The translations under genes and the position numbers were made by a program. DNA of 64,000 nt from NCBI RefSeq assembly GCF_018350175.1, contig NC_058368.1, positions 138,138,001 through 138,202,000 of the forward strand, given 5' to 3'. Shown here piece by piece: positions 38,922-52,262 of this stretch; the first letter of the stretch is position 1; each line of letters begins with the position of its first letter. The notes beneath the pieces were generated by a model, which saw only the letters and a program-made list of their open reading frames with translations, was not told the DNA's origin and searched no databases. This DNA is from Felis catus. Lineage: Eukaryota.

Positions 38922-38977
<56 letters not shown>

Positions 38978-39100
38978 TCCCAAGGAGGCTTTGTGTTCAG
39001 GGCAGAGCCTGTTGTGGGGCTTGATCTCAGGACCCTGGGATCATGACCTGAGCTGAAATCAAGAGCCAGACCCTCAACCAACTGAGCCACCCAGGCACCC
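38838..39100 (-). mobile_element. Can-SINE with (GA)n(GACA)n tract
   Basis: Antisense body within an older L1-like region. Confidence 0.9.
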
Positions 39101-40585
39101 TTATATTTCTTGTTTTTTTTTTTTTTTTTTTTTTCCTGTATTAGTCTGATTTTCAGTTGTTAGGATACTAGTGTGATTATTCTACAGTTGAATCTATTGT
39201 TGATGGACGTTGAAATCACTCCTATTTTTGACAATTTTACATCTTTTTGGGTGTTTGCTGCTGTGTACAAAGCCTAGTCCTAGGAGGGTTTATTAAGTGG
39301 GAGTGGAATTGCTCAGTCAGATACAACATAAGCTTGGGTAGATTTAATAGACGATCCCAGTGTGTTTTCCAAAATGGTTATGCCGATTTACGTTTCCTGT
39401 AGCAGTGACTGTGCATTCCTGAGGGCTTGATCATTTATTTTTCAGTCTTGCAGCCTGAACTTTCTGCTAATGTCAAGGCATAGACGGACCCTGTGAAGCT
39501 ATAACGGTCCCAGATTTGGACTGAACAGCATATAAAGTCACCCTCCTTTAGCAACAGCCACACTGTCTCTGCTCCTGTGCTCACGCGCTCCGGGAGGTCC
39601 CTTGGTGTGTACTGGATTTCATGGAAGCCGGATCCCTGGTCAGTCAGGGCCAGGAACTTGTGCCTTTGATGTGACAGCCTCCTTTTCGAGGCAGAGAAAC
39701 TGAGGTATGGCACAGCCAGAGGCTTGGGCTTTGTACCTCCTCCTCTGTCTGGGGCAGACGAGCCTCCCTTTTTGCCGTGACGGGAAATGCTGGTTGAATG
39801 TCACGGCCTGCTCACTTCTTGTTTTGTGCCTGGGTGATCTTACTCCCAGGATGTGACAGGTCATATCTTCTCCTGTTTGCCATGAGAACAATTACTAGTA
39901 ATTCTGTTTTAGAAACATTAGGGCACGTAACTCCTGGCACCAGCCAGACAGGATGAGGCATATTCATTTGGTTAAAAAAAAACATTTTAAACACCCTCCT
40001 TCCCATGTCTGCCAAATTGTATAACCTCTTTTCACAGCTTGTTTTTCTGACCGCTGTTAAGAATCTGAAACTCTATAACAAGCAGAATTATTTATATATG
40101 TCACAGTGTTTCCTATTTCAGGCTGTTTGCCTCATTCTAGGCTCTGGACTTTCCTGCTGAATGAGAAAGCTCTCTCTCACAACATTTTGGTCAGTTTCTT
40201 ACTTGTTTTCTCCAAAGAACAGAAGATCCTCTCTTCCCCTGCCTTCCCACCCTCCCGGGAAGTGGGGAGTTTGGGAGGGAAGGACAGTTTGAGCAGTGAG
40301 CAGTTCAGTCCCACAAGTTTGCTGTGCTCTCTTAAGAAGTAGATGTGAGATTGGAGCCTGAGGAGGGGAGTAGGGAGCTGGATTAGCAGAACAGTCCTGG
40401 AAAGTGCTGCAGAGGAGGGAACTTCTCCCCACACCCGCACTGTCAGCCAGATTAAATACACTTTAATCTACTTCCCAGGTTCAAGGACTTGTGCGTCACT
40501 GTCCCCAGGCAGTGTAGGGGAGTTGCATTTAAATGATTGACACCATACTTGAGTTTATCAATGGTATGATTTTCAAGGGAATGCA

Positions 40586-40795
40586 GGGACACCTAGGTGG
40601 CTCAGTTGGTTAAGCGTTGGACACTTAGTTTAGGGTCAAATCATAATCTCACAGTTCCTGAGATTGAGCCCCACATCGGGTCCTGCACTTACAGTGCAGA
40701 GCCTGCTGGGGATTCTCTCTCTGCCCCTACCCTTACTTGTACTCTCTTGCTCTCTCAAAATAAAGAAAGAAACTTAAAAAAAAAAAAAAAAAAAA
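40586..40795 (+). mobile_element. Can-SINE (older)
   Basis: Body and A-tail. Confidence 0.9.
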
Positions 40796-41347
40796 GGCCT
40801 GGCTTAGGTTTAGATATTCCGTTTTTGGTCTTTTTCTTGGAAGAAAATTGTATCCCATAGAACCATGTGATATTTGTCACCAGATTCAAATTGGGATCTA
40901 GGACTTAGAAATTCCATCCTAGGGTAGCTGGTTATGATCTAATGCTGACATACATGTTCGGGAGTGTCCTTGTGCATGTGTGTTGGTTTCATTACCAGAT
41001 CCTAACCGGTCTCTTCCTCATTTTTAAGAAGGGGGGATACATGGAAATGTTCTCAAGCATGCCTTGTTGGGAATCTGTTCAGAAGGAAAATCCGACTTTC
41101 TAATAAAATGAGTTTAAAGGATAAAGTAAACATGACTTCTTCAATAGCCTTTTGAAGGTATCAAGTATATTAAACAGATACTTAGCAGGGGTACACACTT
41201 CGTTTTTAGTTGTTTTGACATTTCACTTGTCCTCGTATGGGGCCAGGGGGTCTGTGCTGTGTCACACAGACAGGGAGCAAATGCACTGTGAAGTTGTGCT
41301 TTTCACTGCGAGGACTTGCTTACATATTCGAGATAGAAGGCTTTATG

Positions 41348-41608
41348 GGGAAGCAAAAATAATGTAAAAGTAAGAAGGGGGACAAAACATAAGAGACTCA
41401 AACACGGAGAACAAACAGGGTTGCTGGAGGGGTTGTGGGTGGGGGGATGCGCTAAAAGGGGAAGGAGCATTAAAGAAGACACTTGTGGGGATGAGCGCTG
41501 GGTGTTATGCATAGGGGTTGAATCACTGGAATCTACTCCTGAAGTCCTTCTTGCACTATATGCTAACTAACTTGGATGTAAATTTAAAAAATAAATAAAT
41601 TAAAAAAA
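41348..41608 (+). mobile_element. L1 3' end fragment, carnivore type
   Basis: acataagagactc...gatgagcgctgggtgttat...tgcactatatgctaactaacttgga...aataaa and A-tail. Confidence 0.9.
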
Positions 41609-41686
41609 TGAATTGCAACTAGAAAAAAACTTTTTTTTTTTTAAAGGCTGTATGTTCTTGATCTAGATAAATAATATAAACCCCTA

Positions 41687-41895
41687 GGGGCATCTGGGTG
41701 CCTCAATTGGTTGAGTGTCCAACTCTTGATCTCAGCTCAAGTCATGATCTCACAGTTCATGAGTTCAAGCCCTGCATCAGGTTCTACAGTGATGGTACAG
41801 AGCCTGCTTGGGATTCTGTCTCTCCTTCTCTCTGCCCCTCCCCTACTTGTGAGCACTCTTTCTCGCTCTCAGAATAACGTTAAGAAATAACGTTA
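41687..41895 (+). mobile_element. Can-SINE (older)
   Basis: Body; duplicated aataacgttaag in the tail. Confidence 0.9.
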
Positions 41896-43689
41896 AGGAA
41901 AACCCCACTAAAGATAAAAAAAAAAAAAAAAAGCAGTTTTCTTCTGCTTTTTTTGTAGTGGAGTATTTCCTTCTAATTGTTTGAAATTCAGATGTTGTTG
42001 GATGCTAGCTCTCCAAGTAGCATCAGCACAGCCTGCTGGGGAAAAGAAAGCTGAGTTAACTCCCTACCCTGGAAAGACAGAACAACACCTTTACACGGCC
42101 TTACCGGGCTCTTCAAGGGGGGAGGGCAGGGTTGGAATGTCATGAGAACTTGAAGTTGGGCTTAATGATGGTCTTCTAAGGCAGAGGAGTGGCGGTAGGC
42201 AGGGAAGAGAGTTGGATTAGGACTGGATAAGGATCATGATATCATAAAGCTTGGTTTCAGGGTTTAAGCTTCTTGATGCTTTTTGCAGAACAGTTGATGG
42301 GTCTTGAAGGGATGATGCATATACCATCGTTTGCCCAGGGAAGAGTCTCCTGGGGTTGGTTACTGGTGGGGTTATGCTAAGGAAGACAATGGAAAAGTAA
42401 AGTCATGTTCACGGAGACTGTGAACTGTGTGGAGAAGTAGGTAGTCTTTGTCCTCAGTGTCAAGACTCCATGAGAGTATGTAGTTTTTGTTCACAGATTT
42501 TAGTCGAGGTGTCAGAGGCGGAACTAAGGACAGACGGTAGGTGCTCCAAATAGCACCTGCAGTCATCTATGAAAAGCTAACTTTTATGGGTAACCTTTAT
42601 GGGTACTCAACAGGGAAAGGGCCCCGTTGGTCATATATTCGTTCATTCAACAGGCAGCTATTTCTAGAGCATATACATGTGGTTGACACTACACTGGGGT
42701 AGAAGACATAGGTCCCTCCCCTGCTGGCCTTTCTCTTCGGTACGATGCAGTGTGCTCTGTACCTCTTTCCTATTGGAACTTCAGCCAGTAACATGACTCA
42801 ACTTAAGGGGTATGTATGATTCAAATTCTTACTGCATGCTTATTCCAACAGATACCGAGTGTTAGGATTTTCAGGTTTAGTTTGTGAAGGCTAGGTTTGT
42901 TTCAAGGGGCGTCTGGATGCCTACGGAGTTCACGGGCCTACTTTTTTTTTAACGTAAGCATATTCACTTTTCTCTGTATGTCTAGTGTAACCTGTGTTCC
43001 AAGCACTGGGTATTGCAGTAGAAACATCAGTGTACAAATTCTGTACAAATAAGGCACTTTTAACATAGACAAATCACGGAGATTCGAACAGTTGCTGTTC
43101 AACTCACAAATACTGGATGACTTCAGTTTGTCACATACTACGCTGGGTGTTGAGATTAAAAAACAAAATTCCTCAGTCTGTACACTGATACACACAGCAG
43201 ACAACCATAATGTAAAGTAGCAAACACCACGGTGAAAACTCAGATACACAGATCAATCAGGAACCTTCTGTCAGGGGGTGTGTGAAAAGGTACAGGCTGA
43301 CTTTTTTAAGCAGAGCACCAAAGTGGCTTTGCCAGCCCTGAAATTATCTAACAGATGGGTGAAAGCGCCTCTATGAAGTTTGGGAAAGACCGTGGTCTCA
43401 CGTATTCTGGATACAGGAAACCCATTGCTGACCCAGCTTCTCATCAGGGGCGGAGCACCTCTGAGGATGAAGAGTGGGAACGGGGGTGGGGGGGGGTCCT
43501 TTACAGTTGGGGCCTCCGAGAGTCTGCCCTACTGAAATAGCAGTATCTCCTTAAAGGGCACCTTGGAGTGTTTCTGAAGGGCGGCGGTGTGCTCCTAGCA
43601 CTTGTTTTCCTGGACGAGTTTACTGCACTTGGGAAAAGGGACGTGAGTGTGCGCTGTAGTGGGTAGGAGCAGCCCTGGGCTACCGATGA

Positions 43690-43830
43690 GCCAGCCCTGG
43701 GCCAGACTGTCTCCAGCACCTACTGGCTGCCTAACTTTGGACAAATCACTTGACGTGTCCACGTATATAAAATGAGGTGTTTGGATTAGATGCTTTTGAT
43801 GCCTCCTTCCAGTTCTAACATTCTGTATTA
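43690..43830 (+). mobile_element. MIR/MIR3-like remnant (approximate)
   Basis: ctttggacaaatcactt...tataaaatgagg...ttggattagatg...ccttccagttctaacattct. Confidence 0.65.
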
Positions 43831-43917
43831 TGTCTAAAGACATGGTTTTCTTGGATGAAACGTATTAAGACAAAGTTTGTGAATAGAGGAACTAATATCC
43901 TGTGTTTTCCTTTTCAG

Positions 43918-44101
43918 TGTCTTTATGCAGAGAGTCTCTTCTACACCTGGCTATGAGATGGGGCCTGCCTAAGCTCTCTCGTTTCCTCTTGTGTCTCCCT
44001 GGGGGAGTTCAGGCTTTGGCTTTACCCAATGAAGAAGGTGCCACCCCATTAGACTTAGCTTTACGTGCCGGATACTCCGAGCTGGTTGAAGACATCACAA
44101 A
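43918..44101 (+). CDS. ARHGEF28: ARHGEF28 coding exon (184 bp, phase 1 to 2): VSLCRESLLHLAMRWGLPKLSRFLLCLPGGVQALALPNEEGATPLDLALRAGYSELVEDIT
   Basis: Acceptor ttttccttttcag|TG, donor CAAA|gtgagt. Lies within ORF 43902..44105. Contains ankyrin-like LLHLA and TPLDLA motifs. Confidence 0.96.
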
Positions 44102-44429
44102 GTGAGTTTGGCTACTTGTTAGATTGATTCTCTCTTAATCTATTTCTATGAAGTGTTCCAAGTATTGTGGAAAAATAGAAATAAACCAAATCACAAGCTA
44201 ATGTTGGTTTATGTTTTACCATTAGTTCTCATGTATAAAGTACAGAGTATGTGAGCAGATAGACAGATGTATTTATTATCAACATTTCATGGGGGGAGTT
44301 AGGGGAAAAAGTCTTGAAAGGCTCAGAGGGAGCTATAATAAAGAGAAAAGTTGGCAAAACACTAGCCTAAACCCTACTTATCTTTCAGGTTTCAGCTTAA
44401 ATAGGACTTCTTTAAAAAAAAAAACAACA

Positions 44430-44662
44430 GGGGCGCCTGGGTGGCGCAGTCGGTTAAGCGTCCGACTTCAGCCAGGTCACGATCTTGCGGTCCGTGAGTT
44501 CGAGCCCCGCATCAGGCTCTGGGCTGATGGCTCGGAGCCTGGAGCCTGTTTCCGATTCTGTGTCTCCCTCTCTCTCTGCCCCTCCCCCGTTCATGCTCTG
44601 TCTCTGTCTCTCTCTGTCCCAAAAATAAATAAAAAACGTTGAAAAAAATTAAAAAAAAAACA
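44430..44662 (+). mobile_element. Young felid Can-SINE
   Basis: CpG-intact body; A-rich TSD aaaaaaaacaaca. Confidence 0.96.
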
Positions 44663-44770
44663 AAAAAAAACAACAACTAAAAATAAATAGCACTTCTTCA
44701 GAGATCTACATTAGGGCCTTTTGTGATCATGATTAATTTATAATATGGTGGTTAACATTATTAACAATAT

Positions 44771-44990
44771 TAAAAAAATTTTTTTTTAATGTTTTTATTT
44801 ATTTTTGAAGGAGAGAGAGACTGAGCATGAGTGGGGGAAGAGCGCAGAGAGAGGGAAACACAGAATCCAAAGCGGGCTCCAGGCTCTGAACTGTCAGCAC
44901 AGAGCCCAATGCAGGGCTCGAACTCATGAACTGTGAGATCATGATGAGCCAAAGTCGGACACTTAACCAACTGAGCCACCCAGGCGCCCC
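44771..44990 (-). mobile_element. Can-SINE
   Basis: Body; TSD-like attatt(a/g)acaatatta. Confidence 0.94.
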
Positions 44991-45383
44991 AAGATTATTG
45001 ACAATATTATTTAGAATTTTATATGTAGTCATTATTTGTTGCCTAGGTCTCCATCCTGTATCACTTACGGGCTGAAACTATTTGTTTACCCGTTGTAGTA
45101 TTTCTGATACATTTTCAGTATATAATGCTCACTGAAAGAATATAAATTATTGAATCAACCGAGCCAGCCAGGCGCCCTAAATTTTTGTTGAATCAATGAT
45201 AGATAAACCCTAAGATACTGTGTGGTTATTAGGATTTAGTGAAGTAATGTAGAACAAACAATAATGTAAAGGGGCTGTAAAGTTTGCTCTGTTGATGACG
45301 TCAACATTGTCAATGAAGGAGGGATGTGTCGTTTTTTTCTTACAATGGTTCAGATTGGTCGTTATTCTGAAGAAAGGGAGATT

Positions 45384-45594
45384 TTTTTTTTCAACGTTTA
45401 TTTATTTTTGGGACAGAGAGAGACAGAGCATGAACGGGGGAGGGGCAGAGAGAGAGGGAGACACAGAATCGGAAACAGGCTCCAGGCTCTGAGCCATCCG
45501 CCCAGAGCCCGGCGCGGGGCTCGAACTCACGGACCGCGAGATCGTGACCTGGCTGAAGTCGGACGTTTAACCGACTGCGCCACCCAGGCGCCCC
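45384..45594 (-). mobile_element. Young felid Can-SINE, TSD agggagatt
   Basis: CpG-intact body. Confidence 0.96.
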
Positions 45595-46153
45595 AGGGAG
45601 ATTCTTAATATAGCGGTTTCCTTGACTTAACCAGGTGTTAAAAAATGGGAAAGTGCATTGAAAATTACAAATAAATATTAAATATATTCAGAATATTATT
45701 ACCTGGTGTATCTTAATGGACTGGTTTTTCTTTGGCTTATGAAACTCAATGTGATTAATTTATAATTTTATCCTGCATAAATGGATATTGGCATAGAAGT
45801 CAGAGCTTTTTGTTTATTTTTGTCCTACTTTAGTCACATGACTGCCAACCGAGGAAAAAAAAAACCAATCCAAAAGGTATTTTCTTGGGTCTAATATGAC
45901 CCCACTTGCTTGGCTAAAAAGGCCAAAGCAGGACTACTTACTTTGACTTGGTCATTGTGGGGGGTTCAGATTTAGATCAAAGCCCAGGAGGCTGACTTCA
46001 TCTTGGGTAGCTTGGTACCTTTCACCTGTCTCCAGGACCAGAAGATATTATGTTAGCGTGGGGAGTTGTTTTCTAAAAGATTCTGGAGTTGATACTAGTA
46101 ATTCATGCCAAGAATTTGGGGAGATACCCCACATCTTAGAATGTAAGTGCTCT

Positions 46154-46381
46154 GGGGGCGCCTGGGTGGCGCAGTCGGTTAAGCGTCCGACTTCAGCCAG
46201 GTCATGATCTCGCGGTCCGTGAGTTCGAGCCCCGCGTCGGGCTCTGGGCTGATGGCTCAGAGCCTGGAGCCTGTTTCCGATTCTGTGTCTCCCTCTCTCT
46301 CTGCCCCTCCCCCATTCATGCTCTGTCTCTCTCTGTCCCAAAAATAAATAAACGTTGAAAAAAAAAAAAAAAAAAGAAGAA
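46154..46381 (+). mobile_element. Young felid Can-SINE, TSD agaatgtaagtg(c/t)tct
   Basis: CpG-intact body and long A-tail. Confidence 0.96.
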
Positions 46382-47328
46382 AGAATGTAAGTGTTCTTAG
46401 TGGATCTCTTTTTGTTGCTCCCTATGATGGAGTTAATATTTATTTGATTGGAAGTATATTCTCTTTTTGTGAAGCAAATATTCTTTAACAAGATGAGGTC
46501 ATGTAAGAGGAGGAAAGAGGCATAGAACTATTCTGTGAAGTGAGGAATCTGTGGGGATGTGACAACCTGCCGAGGTGAGCTCCTATCGGGAAGCACTAGC
46601 ATTTTCCTCCGAAGGCTCCTTTATTGTTGCAATTACATGACCTTGTGAGCTGTCCAGAATATTATGATACTAACTGTACAGCCTGCATGTAGCTAATGAA
46701 TGTGCAGTTGTTCTTGGCCAAAACAAAACAGAAAATTAGTTTATATTCAAGAATTCAGCTTGGGAATATTGTTTCTTTGTTTATGGGTGTTTTCAAGAAT
46801 AGAACAAGATCAAATTTATGCTTTTTTAATTTGCCTGATAAAATGATTTATAACAGTGGACCAGTGTGTTATGAATATCCCACTTGTTTGTACCATCTGA
46901 ACCTCACTGTGCTCCCTGGAGATCATATCTATTTTCCACTGTAATCACCTAATAAGCTGTTGGCTGCCAGCTAATTTGTTCTATTACACATGACCCCGTT
47001 AGAGCAAGAGGCATCTTTTTGAGTTAAAGAGAGAATAGAATATTGAGGTCCAATACTGTGTTTAAAAGTCTGTAGTTTGATTAGTTACATAAATATCTTT
47101 AAAGTATGTAGTATACGTGAATAGCTTTTCAACTGACATCTTCTCTAGGTAGAAAATGTAGCTTTATTAAAGGATCTGTTTACATGATCTTATGTACTTG
47201 TTGTCAGTGGGTGGCTTGCATGGATCATTTGCCAGTTGGATTTCTAATACTGGGTGCAGTGAGGGTACTGGGATCTTGGAGTTGCTATCTCTGAAATTGC
47301 CAGTGGGTTTTGATATGTGACATTTCAG

Positions 47329-47509
47329 TTTCCAGGGCAGACGTTTCCCTGACTTTTCCCGGGTGCAGCTCAGTGAAGATGCCTTCCTGCAGTATATTCA
47401 CTCCTCAGAAACGCTGACCTTGACTCTGAACCACACGGCTGAGCATTTGTTGGAGGGAGATATTAAACTCTTCAGGAAATACTTTTGGGACAGAGCCTTT
47501 CTCCTCCAG
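47329..47509 (+). CDS. ARHGEF28: ARHGEF28 coding exon (181 bp, phase 2 to 0): NFQGRRFPDFSRVQLSEDAFLQYIHSSETLTLTLNHTAEHLLEGDIKLFRKYFWDRAFLLQ
   Basis: Acceptor catttcag|T, donor CCAG|gtgtgt. AA|T = Asn across the junction. Overlaps ORF 47363..47554. Confidence 0.95.
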
Positions 47510-47813
47510 GTGTGTGTCCCTTCATTCTGGTATGTAATAACTGATACTCCTTGAGAGTACAGACAGCAGGCTTATTCTTTTGGGAACAGTGTTTTGGAGG
47601 GTAGCACTTCATTTTTTTTATAGCGAAGCTTTGGACATGAAATTGGAGACTGTGTTACATTGGTAGAATGAAGATTATTGCCTAATATTTTGGAGGTAGA
47701 ACATAGTAACTTGTGTAAGGATTTATTTTCCAGGAGCCAGCATCCCCAGTGTTGGATTTTAATTATCTAATACTGGATGTTTGGTATTCATGTATTGATT
47801 TTACTGAATTCTT

Positions 47814-48025
47814 TTTTTTTAATGTTTATTTATTTATTTTGAGAGAGACAGCACGAGTGGGATGAGGGGCAGAGAGAGAGGGAGAGACAGAGAATTCCAA
47901 GCAGGTTCCGTCCACACTGTTAGTGCAGAGCCTGATGTGGGGCTTAATCCCACGAACCATGAGATCATGGTCTGAGCTGAAATTAAGAGTTGGCTCATTA
48001 ACTGACTGAACCACCTAGGTGTCCC
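47814..48025 (-). mobile_element. Can-SINE, TSD tgattttactgaattctt
   Basis: Body plus 18-bp TSD. Confidence 0.94.
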
Positions 48026-48567
48026 TGATTTTACTGAATTCTTATTTAAAGCTATTGCATTTAGGGCTATTATACATGAAGAATACCGACTTGTGGGCTT
48101 TCTTAAGACTTAGATGTAGTTAAGCATTATCCCAGCATGTAGATTCTTCTTGAATGGGAATGGTCGTTTGAAATCCATTCCTTTTCAAAGGCTGGCTCAA
48201 ACACCAGCTTTCAGTGACATCATAGCGTGCTCAGCTCAGAGTTTAAAATGTTTCATCTTTATTATTTTTTATTTTTTTGTAGAATCTGGAGCAATATAAA
48301 GAATATTTACATCTTTCAATTATCATGACGCAAAATGTTACTTTGAGTAAAAGGCTTGAGTCCATCTGGTTGACAGTGCTCCAGGGTATAACGGATTCAC
48401 TCACCAGATCCCCTGATGTCCTGTGTTCCCAAGTGTTTGCTTCATATAATTCAACTGCAGTTTTAGTAAAAACAAAAGAAACCCCCCCCCCCAAAACACA
48501 AAACATTGCTATCAAAGATTATGGTTGGCTTAGTCCATATAGGGTTTTATCTAAAGAAGTAAAATGA

Positions 48568-48787
48568 AGAGCATCTGGGTGGCTCAGTTGGTCAAGCATC
48601 TGATTTCAGCTCAGGTCATGATCTCATGGTTCATGGGATTGAGCCCCATGATAGGCTCTGGGCTGACAGCTCAGAGCCTGGAACTTGCTTTGGATTCTGT
48701 GTCTCCCTCTCCCCACCCCCCCTCCCCCCTGCCCCATGTTCGCTTGCTCTCTCTCTCTCAAAAGTAAATAAACATTTAAAAAAATTA
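48568..48787 (+). mobile_element. Can-SINE
   Basis: Body; degenerate TSD aaagaa.taa.atgaa. Confidence 0.92.
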
Positions 48788-49509
48788 AAGAAATAATATG
48801 AAACATGCTCCTCATTGTGAACTACATCCCTTTGTTGGGTTTTAGGAAATGTGTCTTTTTCTGGCATACAGTGTTGCCTCATTTGCTTAAGGATGCTTGT
48901 CATTTTAAGACAGTAAAGCCATTAGCCATCCCTGTGGCTTCTCACCCAAGCCCCCAGGGATAGATATTCTGACCAGGCCAAGCCATGGCCTTGAAGAGCA
49001 GCATTGCTCTCGATGTGCTCAGCTCCCTGCACCCGTGCAGGGACACAGCTCAGGAGCACGCGTGTCCTTAGATGGGGTGTTCTGCTCACAGCGCAGCATC
49101 TGGTGACAAAACTCTTAAAAGCCATAGACCCTACCCTGCGTATAGCAAAAATCATGACCATTTGTTTCATTATAAAAAGCCACCAACTTCTGAGGCTGGA
49201 TTCATGATTTCTCATGACACATTTGAGATAATATCGAGGGCCTGGAAGATGTAAGAGGAGTAGATACCGGTGTTCAGTAATTGATGGTAGTGGACTCAGA
49301 GTAGCAGAGACCAAATGGAGATTGCTTTCCAGTTTCTTGGAGATTTTCATTTTATGAGAAGGGCTCAACGGAAGAATAGAAATTGTGTGGCTGGGTGGTG
49401 AGCAGAGGAACAGGAAAGGAAGAGAGCAGAGATTCGTGAGGTTACTGATTTATAAGAAAGGAAGTCATAGTCCATGCTTTGGACCCATTTGGGTCCATTA
49501 TCCATCCAT

Positions 49510-50100
49510 TGGATCATAGCTCCTACGACCACAACCTTTGGGGTTTTGAAGAGTTGACGATGATGTAGGTGTCTTTTGTTATGTTAATGAAGCGACTCTC
49601 GGAAAGTAGCTAGTGTTGGGGACTGTGATTAGGGGGTTGGAGCTTTCTTTCATTCCACCCTCTGACCTGGGTGGGGGCTGTCGGCAGGAGATGGAGTTCG
49701 CCCGTGGCCAATGATTTAATGAATCATGCCTATGTAATGAAGCCTCCTTGAGAACCCAAAAGGCCAGGGTTCCGGACAGCTTGTGGGTTGGTCACCTGGG
49801 GTGGTGATGGGAGTGGTAAGCTCCATGACAACATGGAGGCTCTTTGCCCTTTGCCTGTACCTTACTCCACGTCCCTGAGTTACATGCTTTTGCAATAAGC
49901 CGACAATCTGGTAGGTACACTGTTCCTCTGAGGTCTGAGAGCCCCCCCCTAGCAAATTAATCACATCCAAGGTGGGGAGGTTGTGGGAATCTCTGATTTA
50001 TAGTCCTTTGGTCAGAAGCACAAATAACAGCTTGGACTTACAAGTGGCATCTGAAGTGGAGGAGGCCAGTCTTGGATGGTGTCAGAGAATTGCTCCTTCG
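49510..50100 (+). mobile_element. Solo LTR remnant, MER21-like (approximate)
   Basis: ggccaatgatttaatgaatcatgcctatgtaatgaagcctcc and ctagcaaattaatc...gatttatag...ggtcagaag...tggcatctgaagtgg, recalled as MER21-family hallmarks. Confidence 0.75.
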
Positions 50101-50389
50101 TAAGGAAGCTCCCCCGCCTTCCCCGCCCCAGCCTGGAATTGGGTCCAGAACCCCAAAAGACATCCAAGTAGTTCATCCTCACCCGTGCTACAAAATGTTT
50201 CCATGGTATTCTTGAATTCACAGTCTTCAGGGGTACTTCTTTCTGGTTTGATTCTATTTTAAATGAAAACAGGTGATGACTGTTACAGGTTGTCCCTGCT
50301 AAAGCTTTATCATTTGGGGGAACAAATATAAAACATATGTATAGTAGTAAAGTATTCATGTTTTGTTATATCTTAGATGTGGGAAAGTC

Positions 50390-50423
<34 letters not shown>

Positions 50424-50752
50424 AAAAGCCGTAGAAATGACTTTCAGGTACTAATTTATTCTCAAGGAACTGAATCATTCATAGCCTTTGTCTTGTCAAA
50501 GAGGCATCTTCAGTCTTGGGATTTGGTCAGTGCTTAGTTACCTGTAGCCCTTCTAGAACAACAACTGCAAAACCTTGCTGCAGAAGCCTGAGGCTGCTTT
50601 ACCATAGACTAGAGCTATGCAGGAAGCGATCCCATTTAGACACCCTACTTGTTAAGAGTTATAAAGGATTCATCTTAGCACCCTGTAGTATAGCTGACAC
50701 TAGTGTACTGATAATTGGCAATAATCATTAAGTGTTAAAAAGTGCCAAGTTG

Positions 50753-50975
50753 GGGGCGCCTGGGTGGCTCAGTCGGTTGAGCGTCCGACTTCGGCTCAGG
50801 TCATGATCTCGCAGTCTGTGAGTTCGAGCCCCGCATCGGGCTCTGGGCTGATGGCTCAGAGCCTGGAGCCTGCTTTGGATTCTGTGTCTCCCTCTCTCTC
50901 TGACCCTCCCCCGCTCATGCTCTGTTTCTCTCTCTGTCAAAAATAAATAAAACATTAAAAAAAAACCAATTAAAA
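50753..50975 (+). mobile_element. Can-SINE, TSD aaaa.tgccaagttg
   Basis: Body plus TSD. Confidence 0.95.
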
Positions 50976-52262
50976 AAAATGCCAAGTTGGTGGTAAATAT
51001 CCAAATAGTAAAGATATTAGGAAATTAGATAATAGGCAAACATCTTAGCTATATTTTCCAATCATGATTTCATTTTCTCCTCATGACAGAGTTTTTGCTA
51101 TTAACCAGAATACTGAGAATTTAGTTCTTGAACTTGGCTAACATTAATAATAATTTCAGCTAGGAAATTAAAGTGTTCCAAGATTGCATCAAAATTTGCT
51201 CAGAAGAATAAAAACTGTTTTAATACCTGCCATTTACAAAGAAAAGAGTAAAGTATTTGCTTACTTCAGGTTTTGTTTTGTAATCAGAAACCAGCATTGT
51301 CTGATGCCCTTTTCACACAGGCTTGCCCATTGCCCTCACTGAAAGACTAGGATTTCAGTGTTAGGGCTAACCCGGATAATCACATGGGCTGGTGGTGGTG
51401 TTTGGCCTTGAGCCTGCATTGCGGGATCTCCTAAGACCCTAGTCCCTCTCGATTTCATCTCCTTAGCACCTCCCAATACGTACCTGGGCTGGTCCACCCT
51501 TTAATTCCATGGTGGACCCTAGAAGAGAGAATACTGCATCTTGGGGATAAGGCTGGCAGGAGTTAACAGCTATAGAGGGTAGGTGACTCAATGCTTGTTC
51601 CCTGCCCCCTTTGTGGTTTGGCTAAGTATGTATATTTCCATGGGCTGCAGTGTTAGGCTGTTTTACCGTTTGGCAGGTCGACATGTCATTCTGTGGCTCT
51701 TTTCATTTTACTGGCCCTGAGGTATCCATTTGAAAAGGAAATGCGGAGGGCTCCAGGGCGGCAGCTACTCTCTAAGGCCACCAGCTTGGTCTCAGCCTGG
51801 GCAGCCTGCACCAGCATATGGTGGCTTGCAGCCCAAGACGAGTGGTCATCCTGGGCCCTCCCTCTCTCTGTGTCTTACGGCATGGGCAGAGGTTGTTCAG
51901 GATGGGCACCTGCATAAACAGTGGCTCTTCTTTAACAGTTTCACCATTTTCTGTTCTTCTGTCCCTTTTTGGTTCATGGATTATTTTCCTGAGGACCTTT
52001 CTCTTGTGACATGGAGAAGCAAATAGTAGAGGATTAGTGGCAGGGACGCTTGCACTCCATGCCTCTGGGTTCCCCTCAGTGTCTCTCATCGTCTTCTTGG
52101 GGTGCTGCCTCTGTGTACTCCCAGTGGCTATGCACACTCTGTCTTTCCAGACCTCCCCAGGCCGTGTCTGTCTCTGTTCAAGACCCACGGTTGAGGTTTC
52201 CATCTCCTTGTCGCATATCTGAAACCTTCACTGGTTTTCGCTGATTTTTTCTTCTTTCTTAG

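Noticed and set aside
42030..42400. Possible LTR-like remnant
   Set aside because: I could not identify termini or a family with enough confidence to list it as a feature.
49480..49497. Hairpin tggaccca-tt-tgggtcca
   Set aside because: An 8-bp stem is expected by chance in 64 kb.
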